Shown piece after piece: positions 37,201-49,135 of a DNA stretch of 64,000 nt; positions within the stretch are counted from its first letter, which is position 1, and each line of letters opens with the position of its first letter. The stretch covers positions 1,426,001 to 1,490,000 of the forward strand of contig NC_043014.1 in assembly GCF_006345805.1 (NCBI RefSeq), given 5' to 3'. Source of the stretch: Octopus sinensis (Eukaryota). The position numbers and the translations under genes are program-made. A model generated the notes under the pieces. It worked only from the letters and a program-made list of their open reading frames with translations, was not told the DNA's origin and did no database searches.

Positions 37201-38025
37201 GCATGTGGTTCCATTTGTATGGTTGTGTGTATGTGTGTAAGTGATTTCTGTTTGTGTATGAAAGATCACATTTCCAGATATGTGCTGTGTCTCCAAATGT
37301 GTGTAAGTATCTCCGTTTGATTTATCGGGGTCGATAAATGAAGTACCAGTCGAGTACTGGCATTGATGTGGTCGACTATCCCCCTCCCCTTAAAATCCTG
37401 GCCCTGCGCCTATAAGGCTGTGTGTGTGGTATATTAGTGCTTTATGCTCACTTTTTCTCTTTTTGCTCTTTCTGTCCTCTATACTTTTAATTATCTCTTA
37501 CAATGTGTAGGGACATGGGTGTATCTGTCTCAAAACCAGGGTCTGCACAGTAAAATGTGTGGCATATCATGTGATTGACCAGACTATCAGACATTGTTGT
37601 ACATCGCTGATCACAGTGCACTTTGCATTGTTTCTTTAGCTTTCAAATGTTGCCACCCCAATGGCTAGGCAAGCAGGCCAACATTCTCCCTGATTGGAAG
37701 TCCAGTCCATTTACTACTGAATGGACTGGAGCAACATGAAATGAAGTGTCTTGCTCAAGAACACAACACACAGCCTGGTCCGGGAATTGAACTCACAACC
37801 TCATGATTATGAGGGCAACACCCTAACCACTTGGCCACGCACTGTCATGTGGAATATAATTGGTGTGAAAGACTTGTTGGTCTTTGGGTTAAGAAGCCGG
37901 CATTGCAAATATGAGGTATTGTCTGTCATAGCTGACCAAACTGTTGACGAATATAGATGAATGTAAAAGACATGTCTTTGGAAATTGTCATTCTGAAGAA
38001 TTCTCTTCTGTTTTTGTTTTAACAG

Positions 38026-38155
38026 GTTAAAAGATCTGGAATTGTTTCTGGACCAGACCAGAGCCAAATTTGTTGGTTTTCAAGTAAAAGGTGATCACAG
38101 TTCTTTGGCTGGTCTTCCACAGCCAATTCACGAAGGAGTCAAGGTGCTCCGTGAA
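38026..38155 (+). CDS. STRIP1: STRIP1 exon 11 (LKDLELFLDQTRAKFVGF...GLPQPIHEGVKVLRE)
   Basis: ttttaacag acceptor, GAA|gtaagt donor; DUF3402 start, GLPxPIHE motif; 130 nt. Confidence 0.96.
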
Positions 38156-39222
38156 GTAAGTTGCTTTTTACCCCCTTTTTATTGTTGCCAATCCTATTAA
38201 TTCTAGTCCTTATCTGACAGACCTATGATCAAAGGTGTTCTAGCCATGACCATCCTGATCAAGATTATTGAAGGGTTTCAGCTTCTTTTAAAAATGATAG
38301 GGTGTGCTTTGAGGAAAACTTGACTGTTATTTCTGACCTGTCAGGTGCCTGCTTACTAACTCTTTTACCTTGTGCATTTGGTATTTTTAATATGTAATAT
38401 ATGAAAAGTACGTTTTGTGATATATATATATATATATATATATATGCTTGTTTGTTCAACGGTTATACATTAGTTGGTTAGAGAGGTTGAGTGTGAGAGA
38501 GAGGCAGATAGCGGTGGTGGTATGTTGATAGTGAAAAGTAGTTTTTTTATTGAACTAATTTTTTTTATAACGACCATCACTTATGCATAAGTGCAATTAT
38601 TTATCATCTGCTCACTTAAAAAAAAAATTAGTATTTGTTTATAAGGGTTAATTTAGCCTCAACTCAGGATTCACAAGAAACACGGTTGCAAGGTTCCCCG
38701 AGAAAGGATGCTCAGATATCGAGCATAGATCAGAGAGGAATGGCGATGAGATGTAATATAAGGAGGAAAAAGACAACACTGATGGAGACATGAGGAAATG
38801 AATAGAGACAAATGACATTTATCTTATATATCTTATATATATCATCATCATCGTTTAACGTCTGCTTTCCATGCTAGCATGGGTTGGACGATTTGACTGA
38901 GGACTGGCGAACCAGATGGCTGCACGAGACTCCAATCTGATCTGGCAGTGTTTCTACAACTGGATGCCCTTCCTAATGCCAACCATTCTGAGAGTGTAGT
39001 GGATGCTTTTATGTGCCACCGGCATGAGGGCCAGTCAGGCGGCACTGGCAGTGGCCATGCTCAAATGGTGCATTTTATGTGCCACCTGCACAGGAGCCAG
39101 TCCAGCGGCACTGGCAACGACCTCGCTCGAATGTTTTTTCACATGCCTGAATATTTGAATGTTTTTCATATATATATATACTCTTTTACTCCTTACCAGT
39201 ATTTTTTGTTCTTCTTTCGCAG

Positions 39223-39294
39223 CACTTGTACATCTCTCTGTCTGAAATACAAATCAAACGAGAGGATGAAATTGCTAAAAATCCATTTTCCATG
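39223..39294 (+). CDS. STRIP1: STRIP1 exon 12 (HLYISLSEIQIKREDEIAKNPFSM)
   Basis: ctttcgcag acceptor, ATG|gtaagt donor; 72 nt. Confidence 0.94.
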
Positions 39295-39565
39295 GTAAGT
39301 TTTCTTCATTTTCATTTCCGATTCCAAAGTCTGTCGTCCTTCTTAAAAAAAAAATGGAAATTATTATTAGATATTATATAAGTCTGCTAATAGCTATGTT
39401 GTTCTAATCCCTTTTGGTGGGGCTGTTGACAGTTTCTGTCTTAGTAGTGCTTAACCACGGGCCACAGATCCCCAGGGATTCACAAAGTGGAGACCAAAGA
39501 GCTGTGTTCAGAAGTTTAGAAAGTCGCAAAGTAAAATTAATAATTACTCAATCACAAAAATTTCT

Positions 39566-39936
39566 AAATTATTCATTAATATCTAATTACTCAGTCATTT
39601 ATAATTACTCAGTTGTACATAATTACTCATTGATATCTAATTACTCAGTTATGCATGATTACTCAGTTATGCATAATTACTCATTTATATCTAATTACTC
39701 AGTTATACATAATTACTCATTTATATCTAATTACTCAGTTATACATAATTACTCATTTATATCTAATTACTCAGTTATACATAATTACTCATTTATATCT
39801 AATTACTCAGTTGTACATAATTGCTCATTGATGTCTATTTACTCAATTTTGCACAATTACTTGGTTATGATTAATTACTCAGTTGTGCTTAATTGCTCAT
39901 ATCTAATTGCTCAGTTATGCATAATTACTCATTTAC
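39566..39936. repeat. 18/36-bp AT-rich tandem array in intron 12
   Basis: Alternating taattactcagttataca / taattactcatttatatc, about 21 monomers. Confidence 0.92.
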
Positions 39937-40200
39937 ATCACATGAGAGGAGGAACAGGGAAAATGAGTTAGGGCATTGGAAAAAATGCCTTGTGGTATTT
40001 TCTTGTACCTTTATGGTCTGAGTTTAAATGCTGTCAAGATCAGCTTTTCCTTTCATCTTTTCAGGGTTGAAAAAGTAAGGTACCAGTAATTACTGGAATC
40101 GGTGGTATCCGAATATTCCCCATCCCCTGGAAATTGCAGTCCTTGAGCCTGAATCCCCAAAATGTTTAATTTTGACAATTTCTTTTCATTTCTGTTGCAG

Positions 40201-40275
40201 CCAGAAAAAGAAATCCCCAACACCCCCACTGAACTCTTGTACCAGGCTCTTCTGCCAAGTCTACCACAGTATAGT
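40201..40275 (+). CDS. STRIP1: STRIP1 exon 13 (PEKEIPNTPTELLYQALLPSLPQYS)
   Basis: tgttgcag acceptor, AGT|gtaagt donor; ExLYQxLLPSLPQY motif; 75 nt. Confidence 0.95.
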
Positions 40276-40600
40276 GTAAGTTTCCACACACTGTTTTTGT
40301 TTTACAGACATTACACAGGATATATATATATATGTATATATATTGTTACTATTATTATGTTAAACTGTCGTATGTCCAAATGTGGCCAAATGCATTTTTT
40401 TCAACGTTTATTTTTGCTTGCAATAGCCAGTTCCTGTGGGGGCTAATGTGTGTGCGGGTTTGGGGTCTTTTTTTTTTCTTTCTTTTTTCAGATCCCAAGA
40501 TATCAAAAATTGTCAAAGTGTAATGCAACGGTTTTGCAATTGTTTTAGTTTTCTGAAAAAAGCAACATTTTGGACTTACGACACTTTTGCATAATAGCAA

Positions 40601-40645
<45 letters not shown>

Positions 40646-41299
40646 AACTGATTATATATGGTTGTCTCTTTCTCTTTATTTATATATATATATATGTATG
40701 TATACACATATATATGTATTTATTTGTATGGGTGAGTGGACAAATGAAGGAAAGAGGTACTCAACTTATTTAGTAGGAGTTATATTTCTAATTAAAACAG
40801 GTTGATTTGGCTCTGTGCAATTTAAAATTTCATAGATTCCTTACAAGTGCTTGGCTACTTGCATGTTTAATTTCACGAGCAGGCTGTTCCGTTGATCAGA
40901 TCAACTGGAACCCTTGTCGTCGTCGTATCTGACCGAGTGCCAGCTTCCTTACAGAGTGCCCCTATGTATGCATTATGCATGCGTATAGTACTCAACACAG
41001 CATTGATGAATAAATAGGTTTTTTTATTTGTGGATTTTTGATCCTATCTCAGGTTTCATGCAATTAGAGTTTGCAATTTTCAGGTGTTAATTGTAATTGC
41101 ACCAAACGCCAAAATTAGAATCGAAAATCCACAAACGACGAAAGTATTTACCCATCCATGCAATGTTGACTCCTCATTCTTACTGCTTGTCACTAACACA
41201 CACACACTCTCTCTCTCCCCTAATACACTGGCATGTAGTTACTGTACCCCAGGTTTCCATACAAACCTAATATATACTCCCATGTTTTTCCTTTTCCAG

Positions 41300-41385
41300 A
41301 TTGCTCTCCTCAAGATACTCCTGGCAGCTTGTCCTACTTCAAAAACAAAATCAGAATCCATCAATATCCTCACTGATGTTCTGCC
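41300..41385 (+). CDS. STRIP1: STRIP1 exon 14 (IALLKILLAACPTSKTKSESINILTDVLP)
   Basis: cttttccag acceptor, CC|gtgagt donor; IALLKILLAAxPTSK motif; 86 nt. Confidence 0.97.
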
Positions 41386-41611
41386 GTGAGTTTCAAAATT
41401 TCATGATTTCTCTGTCTTTCATCTGGGCTTGATTAAACCATCTACCAGTAATATACTGGGCTAGCTATAAAAATCCCTACCTTTTATTTCACACGTCATC
41501 TTTTTCTGTTTGTTACGTATATTCTACAACACTAAAACTTTTCTCTTACCTTAAGATATTTACCATCATCATTATTATTATTATTATTATTGTTATTATT
41601 ATTATTATGGT

Positions 41612-41855
41612 GGAGGCGCAATGGCCCAGTGGTTAGGGCAGAGGACTCGCGGTCAGAGGATCGCGGTTTCAATTCCCAGGCCGGGCGTTGTGTTTGTTTA
41701 TTGAGCGAAAACACCTAAAGCTCCACAAGGCTCCGGCAGGGGGTGGTGGCGACCCCTTTTGTACTCTTTCGCCCTAACTTTCTCTCACTCTTTCTTCTTA
41801 TTTCTAGAGTAACAATGCGATGGACTGGCGTCCCGTCCAGCTGGGGGGGAACTCA
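41612..41855 (+). mobile_element. Family D SINE with tRNA-like head
   Basis: GGAGGCGCAATGGCCCAGTGGTTAGGGCAG...GGTTTCAATTCCCAGG followed by the SINE body; inserted after (ATT)n. Confidence 0.8.
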
Positions 41856-42510
41856 TTAAGTTGGTGCCACTCTATGTAAATGACATCACTTCATTTGCAT
41901 ATGTTAATTATATTAATTAGGGCATTTTTTTGAATAAGGCATTTTGTTACTAACCCTGACCATCCCACCTTGCATTTATCTTTCTTACTGGACACTTCCT
42001 GATAGCCATAGCACCAGCTGTGATCAGCTGGCAAGGCATTTAAGTCATTACTTCCCCTCTTCTTTGTCGCCCTAATTAATATTTATCATTTATCAGTGTA
42101 GTTTTCTAATTTCTTTAATGTATTCATGTGACGGTGGTGGAGTGTTTCTTCCCTTCCACCACCACCACAACCACACCTGTAATCCATTACCTGTACTATG
42201 TAATTAACATTAGCACTGTCATGAAGGTCACCACATCACCATTCAGCTGTTAAACTGGGCAGCAGCAAGAATATAAACTAGCCAACCACTACCACCACCA
42301 CCACAACTATCACCATCACCACAACCACTACTACTGCCACCACCACCACAGCTACTACTACTGCTGTCACTACATTCACTACCACCATCACCACATCTAT
42401 TAATACTATTACTACTACCATTACTAACTGTAATGTTACTATTATTTGTACTACCACCACTGCTGAACCAGCTCTAATCCATACTGTCATTACTACTACC
42501 ACTACTAAGG

Positions 42511-42743
42511 TGGGGGTGAGCTGGCAGAATCGGTAGCACACCGGGCGAAATGCTTAGCGGTACTTCATCTGTCGTTACGTTCTGAGTTCAAATTCCACCG
42601 AGGTCGACTTTACCTTTCATCCTTTCGGGGTCGATTAAACAAGTACCAGTTACGTACTGGCGTCGATGTAATCGACTTGATCCCCTTGTCTGTCCTTGTT
42701 TGTCCCCTCTATGTTTAGCTCCCTTAAGGGCAATAAAGAAATA
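42511..42743 (+). mobile_element. Family C SINE, full length
   Basis: gagctggcagaatcggtagc...gagttcaaattccaccgaggtcgac...caataaagaaata. Confidence 0.8.
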
Positions 42744-42885
42744 ATTACTACTACCACTTTGACACACACACACTCTCTCTCTCTTTCTCTCTCTAATTAA
42801 CAGTCACACCTGTCATGAAGCCCACCACCATTTACCTGTATGTCATTGTATGTTCATTAACTTTCCTTCCTTCCTTCCATTCCAG

Positions 42886-42927
42886 CCACCTTACAAACGA
42901 CCAAGAGCCAGATACCCAAAACATAAG
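42886..42927 (+). CDS. STRIP1: Candidate 42-nt frame-preserving cassette exon in STRIP1 intron 14 (P-HLTNDQEPDTQNI-R)
   Basis: Branch-like cattaac 42855-61, pure pyrimidine tract, ccag acceptor, AG|gttgcc donor; phase 2/2; no stop. No homology support. Confidence 0.38.
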
Positions 42928-42977
42928 GTTGCCACCTTTTTTTAACCTCTCTCTCTCTCATGTTTCTTTTGTCTGTA

Positions 42978-43023
<46 letters not shown>

Positions 43024-43482
43024 CATTATTATCATTATTATCATTATTGTTATTATTATTATTAAGGCTGTGAGCTGGCAGAATCGTTACCTTGTCAGGC
43101 AAAATGCTTAGCAGCATTTTGTCCATTTTTATGACCTGGGTTCAACTTCCGCTAGTGTCAACTTACATCCCCACCCCTCACATTTTCTGGCCATGTACCC
43201 AAAATAAGAAAGTGTTGTTGTTGTTGTTGTTATTTTTATTATTGTTGTTGTTATTATTATTATTCTATGTTTGACTTTTGCTTTACATTTGCACAAGCTG
43301 GCTCCAAGTCTCACCCAGAGACCTCAAGAGACAACAAGTTGGAAGTTTGTGTTGGTGTTATGCCTAGGGTGCCATATATTTGGTTTTGTACTTAGTGTTG
43401 TACTAGTGAATGTCTAAAAAACCATACGAAAATTATGTTTGTTTTAAAACTTGAGATTACATAGAAAGTATTTTGCATAGGA

Positions 43483-43521
<39 letters not shown>

Positions 43522-43654
43522 CCTATGCTATCATCTAGACAACATAATTCCTGCTGAATGGTAACCAGTCACATAGAGCAGGCATTGTAATGTAATGTTA
43601 TTGTTCAACACAGTTTCAAGTCCTGTTGGCCTTCTTTTCTCGGTTCAAAACAAA

Positions 43655-43925
43655 AAAAAATCGTTTTGAGAATATAGATTACAAAGACAAGAACTTATGT
43701 AGAATGTGAGTTGTTGTGTTTAGTATTTTCTGGATTTCCTGTTTGTTAGGTTTTCCTGTTATTTTTATTTTTTCCAAGGAAATCACTCTTGGTGTTTTTT
43801 TAATGATTCCTCGTGCTTCAGTCTCTACTCATAATCATTTCTGTCTTCTGGTGCCACATCCTGCTTATTTCAATTTCCAGGTCTTTATATTTGGCAAATT
43901 TATCATATTCTTGGCTGGCATCATC
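43655..43925 (-). mobile_element. R4/Dong-like (restriction-like endonuclease) LINE 3' end
   Basis: Minus translation KFAKYKDLEIEISRMW... and EIQKILNTTTHILHKFLSL*, resembling the KYxDL...EIxRxW and IQKxxLxxTxHILR motifs; frameshifted. Confidence 0.6.
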
Positions 43926-44094
43926 ATTATTATTATTAATGTGGCAAGCCAGCAGAACCATTGGTGCACTGGACAAGATGCGTCCATCTCTGCATCCTGA
44001 GTTCAAATTCCACTAATGTCCAGTTTGCCTTTTGTCCTTTCAGGGTCAATGAAATAAATACCATTTGAGCCCTGGGCTCAATATAATTATCTAA

Positions 44095-44945
44095 TGGGCC
44101 GTTGCCAGCTTCGTCTGGTCCCTGTGCTGGTGGCACGTAAAAAGCACCATCCGATCGTGGCCGTTTGCCAGCCTCGTCTGGCACGTAAAAAGCACCCACT
44201 ACACTCACGGAGTGGTTTGCGTTAGGAAGGGCATCCAGCTGTAGAAACACTGCCAGATCAGATTGGAGACTGGTGCAGCCTCCTGGCTTCACAGACCCCA
44301 GTTGAACCGTCCAACCCATGCCAGCATGGAAAGCGGACATTAAATGATGATGAATGTCCTCCCCTAAAATGTTTTGGGCCTAATCTCTATAGTAGAAAGG
44401 ATTATTGTTGTTATTATTATTATTATTATTATTATTAAGGTGGCAAGCTGGCAGAACTGTTAGCACGCTGGGCGAAATGCTTAGTGGCATTTAACCTGTT
44501 GCTGCATTTTGAGTTCAAATTCCACCGAGGTCAACTATGCCTTTCATCCTTTCGGGATCATTAAAAGATGTACCATTTGAACACAGGGGTTAATGTAATC
44601 GACCACCCCCACACAGAAATTGCTGGCCTTGTGACAAAATTCGAAATCGTTATTATTAATACAGTGAGCTGGCAGGATCATTAGCATGCCACCAGGCAAA
44701 ATGCTTAGTGGCATTTTGTCCGTTTCTATGTTCTGAGTTCAAATTCCGCCAAGGTCAACTTTGCCTTCATCTTTTCGGGGTCAGTATGCACTGGAGTCGA
44801 TGTAATTGACTAGACCCCCTCCCACAACAGGCCTTGTGCCTGTTCTAAGTTCAAATTCCAATGAGGTCGACTTTGCCTTTCATCCCCCCACCCACCCAAT
44901 TTCAGGCCTTGTGCCTATAATAGAAAGGATTATTATTATTATTAT
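44095..44945 (+). mobile_element. Cluster of one family B and 3-4 tandem family C SINE fragments
   Basis: Repeated gagttcaaattcc...gtc(a/g)actttgcc modules at ~44511, 44737 and 44848, separated by (ATT)n. Confidence 0.7.
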
Positions 44946-45084
44946 GAAGTCAGAATTGTCTGTGTGTGCTGAGTGTACGTAGTTATCTCCCCTTACATTC
45001 TTATTTCCTCCGTTTGGTTTGTCTTTGATACCCGAGAGGCAAGCACAGTCTGATTACCCTGATGACTGTTCGAATACTCTCTTT

Positions 45085-45448
45085 ACTCTTTTACTCTTTT
45101 ACTTGTTTCAGTCATTTGACTGCGACCATGCTGGAGCACCGCCTTTAATCGAGCAACTCGACCCCGGGACTTATTCTTTTGTAAGCCTAGTACTTATTCT
45201 ATCAGTCTCTTTTGCCGAACCGCTAAGAAACAGGGACGTAAACACACCAGCATCGGTTGTCAAGTGAGGTTGGGGGGACAAACACAGACATACGAACATA
45301 CACGCACACACTTATATATATACATATATACAACGTGCTTCTTTCAGTTTCCGTCTACCAAATCCACTCACAAGGCATTGGTCGGCCCGGGGCTATAGCA
45401 GAAGACACTGGTTAGCAAGTTACTTACCACACAGCCACTCCTGCGCCT
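45085..45448 (-). mobile_element. Family A SINE
   Basis: Reverse-complement match including head ggcgcaggagtggctgtgtggtaag. Confidence 0.8.
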
Positions 45449-46103
45449 GTTTGTTAATTTTTTGTAAAGTGTTGCCTGTTGTTACAAAAGTATCACTACA
45501 ATATTTGAGACCTATCCTTCTTGCTTGGAAATTCAAACCTAGGGTCAGCAGAAAGTCAACATCACAGCAGTCTTCAGAAGAGCCACATCAGATTTCCAAA
45601 CCTTCTTCTCTCATTCTTTGCACTCAAAGACTAGTCCCCTACCAAATATGTCCCTAGCAAAACCTACATACGCTTAGTTTGCTTCAGTCCATGTCAGTGG
45701 GTGGACTTTGAATAAAGATGCAGAGATTAATGGCTCATTAAAAAGTAAATGGATGCAAATGCAGTTACTACATGTCTCTGTAGTAGAAACATGTTTTGGG
45801 ACAAATTTAAATGAAATCTGCTGTAATTGATTGCAGAAGTAATCAAAAAACATTTTATAGATGCTCCAATCTGTGTATTCATTGTTAGAGTATTGGATAT
45901 AAACTTAGTTAAATATTCATAATCCAGAGAAGTGAACCTAGGATTCGCCCATCAGATATAATACAGTGGAATTGCTTTCCTCAAGTAATTCTAGGGGTTC
46001 ATTACAACTTGATGTAGTTAGCCTTAACCTGGATTATAACTAAGTACTTGAATGGTAACCACCTCGATATTGTATTCCTATTTATTCACTATATATATAT
46101 ATA

Positions 46104-46503
46104 GGCGTAGGAGTGGCTGTGTGGTAAGTAGCTTGCTTACCAACCACATTGTTCCAGGTTCAGTCCCACTGCGTGGCACCTTGGGCAAGTGTCTTCTACT
46201 ATAGCCTCAAGTTGACCAAAGCCTTGTGAGTGGATTTGGTAGAGGGAAACTGAAAGGAGCCCATCATTTATATGTATAGGTATATATATATATGTGTGTG
46301 TGTTTGTGTGTCTGTGTTTGTTCCCCCAACATTGCTTGACAACCGATGCTGGTGTGTTTACGTCCCCGTAACTTAGTGGGTTGGCAAAAGAGACCGATAG
46401 AAGTATTGGGCTTACAAAGAATAAGTCCTGGGGTTGATTTGCTTGACTAAAGGTAGTGCTCCAGCATAGCCACAATCACATGACTGAATCAAATAAAAGA
46501 GTA
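46104..46503 (+). mobile_element. Full-length family A SINE
   Basis: aggcgtaggagtggctgtgtggtaag (A box), ggttcagtccc (B-like box), CORE-like ccttgggcaagt, internal (TA)/(TG) tract. Confidence 0.85.
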
Positions 46504-46622
46504 TATATATATATAAACAAAAAAGGGTAATAACATAGATTACTACCAGTGGCTCAGCACAAAAGACGAATTAGTCATTAGACAAAATATTATTCATATA
46601 GAAAAATATTATTCCTGTAGAA

Positions 46623-46748
46623 ATATAATTAAGGGTTCCTAAATAAGGATGCCAAGTGCTGGGAACACAAAAATTTTCACTCTTGATAAATTTATCTCCT
46701 TTTTGTGTTCCCAGCACTTGGCATCCTTATTTAGGAGCCCTTAATTAT

Positions 46749-46750
<2 letters not shown>
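46623..46750. mobile_element. Hairpin MITE with ~50-bp inverted arms
   Basis: ataattaagggttcctaaataaggatgccaagtgctgggaacacaaaaa against its reverse complement at 46700-46750 (1 mismatch); TA-flanked; 61 nt upstream of exon 15. Confidence 0.8.
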
Positions 46751-46783
<33 letters not shown>

Positions 46784-46811
46784 TGCAGTGTTGTGTATTT
46801 ATGTTTTGCAG

Positions 46812-46938
46812 GACGACAGTTTTACAGTCAGTGAAATTAGAAATTGATATTAATCGTCACAAAGAGATTATCACTAAAGCAATTTCAGGGCTGTTGTTGT
46901 TGCTTCTGAAACATTTCAAACTGAACCATATTTACCAG
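46812..46938 (+). CDS. STRIP1: STRIP1 exon 15 (TTVLQSVKLEIDINRHKEII...LLLLLKHFKLNHIYQ)
   Basis: ttttgcag acceptor, CAG|gtaaga donor; NRHKEI and LLKHFKLNHxYQ motifs; 127 nt. Confidence 0.97.
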
Positions 46939-48180
46939 GTAAGACACAATTATCTATCCATCATCATCATCATTTTATGTCCATTTTTTCCAGGTAGGCA
47001 TGGGTTGGATGTAAAGGCAGCTTGTAGGTAAAATTAGTCGGGGTTGCTGCTTCAGAAAATTTTTACCCGTTGTTTTAATATTGTGTAAAAGGAAACAAAC
47101 AAAGAGTGGGTGCCGGGGTCGAGTTGCTCGATTGGAGGCGGTGCTCCAGCATGGCCGCAGTCAAATGACTGAAACAAGTAAAAGAGTATATAAAAAGAAA
47201 ATTTGTATGTAAACTTGGTCGGTTCCCATTTTAGCCACAGCTGGGAAGTGTGTTTAATTTGTTCACTGAACACTGTTGCAAATCCCCACTTAGTTTTTCA
47301 AAAATCCTTCCTAAATCACAAAATACTGGGGGGTGGGAGATTTGCCCCCTTTTTCAAATCCTGGCAGCCACACCGAAGCTGGAAACAGGATAATAATCTA
47401 GTTCTACACTTTATCCCATTCAAGAATATAAAACACATTTTTAAGCCCAACCCATGTGGAGAGTCCAAAAGAAACGCTACTTCCCTGGCACTGTCGTTCA
47501 TGCAGTGCTCTCCCTTCTTAGTGTGAAGCTTCCTATCTCAGACATGTGAGCATATGCACAACATCCAAACACCACATCGCTGGAACTGTGAAGTACACAG
47601 TTTTATACAAGGATTTTTGTATAGTTTTGCATAAACCAGGGGATGGCCACTGACTTCATCATCACCATCATCATCATCATCATTATTATTATTAAGATTG
47701 GCCCCTGTGCCGGTGGCACATAAAAAGCACTATCCGATTGTGGCCGTTTGCCAGCCTTGCCTGGCCCCCATGCCGGTGGCACATGAAAAGCACCATCCGA
47801 TCGTGGCCATTTGCCAGACTCGTCTGGCACGTAAAAAGCACCCACTACACTCATGGAGTGGTTGGCGTTAGGAAGGGCATCCAGCCGTAGAAACATTGCC
47901 AGATCAGACCGGGCTTGGTGCAGCCTTCTGGCTTCCCAGACCCCAGTTGAACCGTCCAACCCATGCTAGCATGGAAAGCGGACGCTAAACGATGATGATG
48001 ATGAAGACTGAGTTGGCAGAATCATTTCTGTGCCAGGTAAAATGCTTAGCAACATTTTTTCTGACTTTAATGCTGTCAGGGTCGATAAATAAAGTACCAG
48101 TGAAACAGTGGGGGGGGGGTTGATGTAATTGACTAGTCCCCTCTAGTCAAAATTCAGGCCTTGTGCCTTTAGTAGAGAGG

Positions 48181-48216
<36 letters not shown>

Positions 48217-48244
48217 GATCTGTTTTTCTCTTTGTCTTTTCCAG

Positions 48245-48345
48245 TTTGAGTTTTTGAGCCAACATTTAGTGCTTGCTAACTGCATTCCACTTGTTTTAAA
48301 GTTTTTCAACCAGAATATTATGTCGTACGTAGCAACCAAAAACAG
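48245..48345 (+). CDS. STRIP1: STRIP1 exon 16 (FEFLSQHLVLANCIPLVLKFFNQNIMSYVATKN)
   Basis: cttttccag acceptor, AG|gtgagt donor; ANCIPLxLKFFNQNI motif; 101 nt. Confidence 0.97.
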
Positions 48346-48491
48346 GTGAGTCTTTCATGAATTCTATACCTGCAGTGTCTCTTCCTTCCCTGCACACCTT
48401 TCTAAACACTTGAACCATTACAGGACTAATAGAGACCCATCCCTCCTCCCTTCCTCTCCCTCTCTGTCTTTATTTTTCTCAGAGATAGCTA

Positions 48492-48523
<32 letters not shown>

Positions 48524-48609
48524 CCAGATATCCATGTCTCCCTCTTTATCTCATGTGGTTATTCATATCAGTCTCTCTGTCTCCCTTTCTCTCTCGATTC
48601 CTCTCATCG

Positions 48610-49135
48610 ACATAAAAATAATGATAATGAAATTATTGTATACAGTGCTCAGGTGCACCACAACTTGTCAGAAAGTGCATATAAAGTACATGCAGTAATG
48701 TAAAAATGTCTGGAAAGCGAACAATGTATGAGTCAGATACATGCTTGCGTGTGTATGGAGGGGAGAAAATCAAGTGTAGTGTTGGCGAATCTCAGGAAGC
48801 ATGGAAGTTTTGAAGGATGCAGTGCTCCGACAACTAACAACTGATGCCGGCAGTTTGTTCCATGCTTCAGCAACTCTCAGCGTGAAAAAATGTTTCCTGA
48901 AATCACGGAAGCTGTGCTGTTTTCTTACTTTGTAAATATGTCCACGGGTGTTAGATGGGTGGAGTTTGAAAAGGTGCTCAGAGTTATTGTTTGTGCGGTG
49001 GTTGATAATTTTATGGGTGTCTGCCAAGTCAGCTGCCAGACGTCGGAGTTTCAATGTGTCCATGCCCAGGGAAGTAAGGCGTTCAGAATATGGCAAATGC
49101 CTGATGGAGGGTATTCTTTTGGTTCCCTCTCGCTA
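48610..49135 (-). mobile_element. CR1-clade LINE, 5'-truncated 3' end
   Basis: Uninterrupted frame PYSERLTSLGMDTLKLRRLAADL...TRGH...FFTLRVAEAWNKLPASVV...FK (classic CR1 C-terminus), 3'UTR and (ATT)-like tail. Confidence 0.88.

Noticed and set aside
41612-41690. tRNA-like sequence
   Set aside because: SINE head continuing into the SINE body; no closed acceptor stem. No genuine tRNA or rRNA gene was seen in the window.
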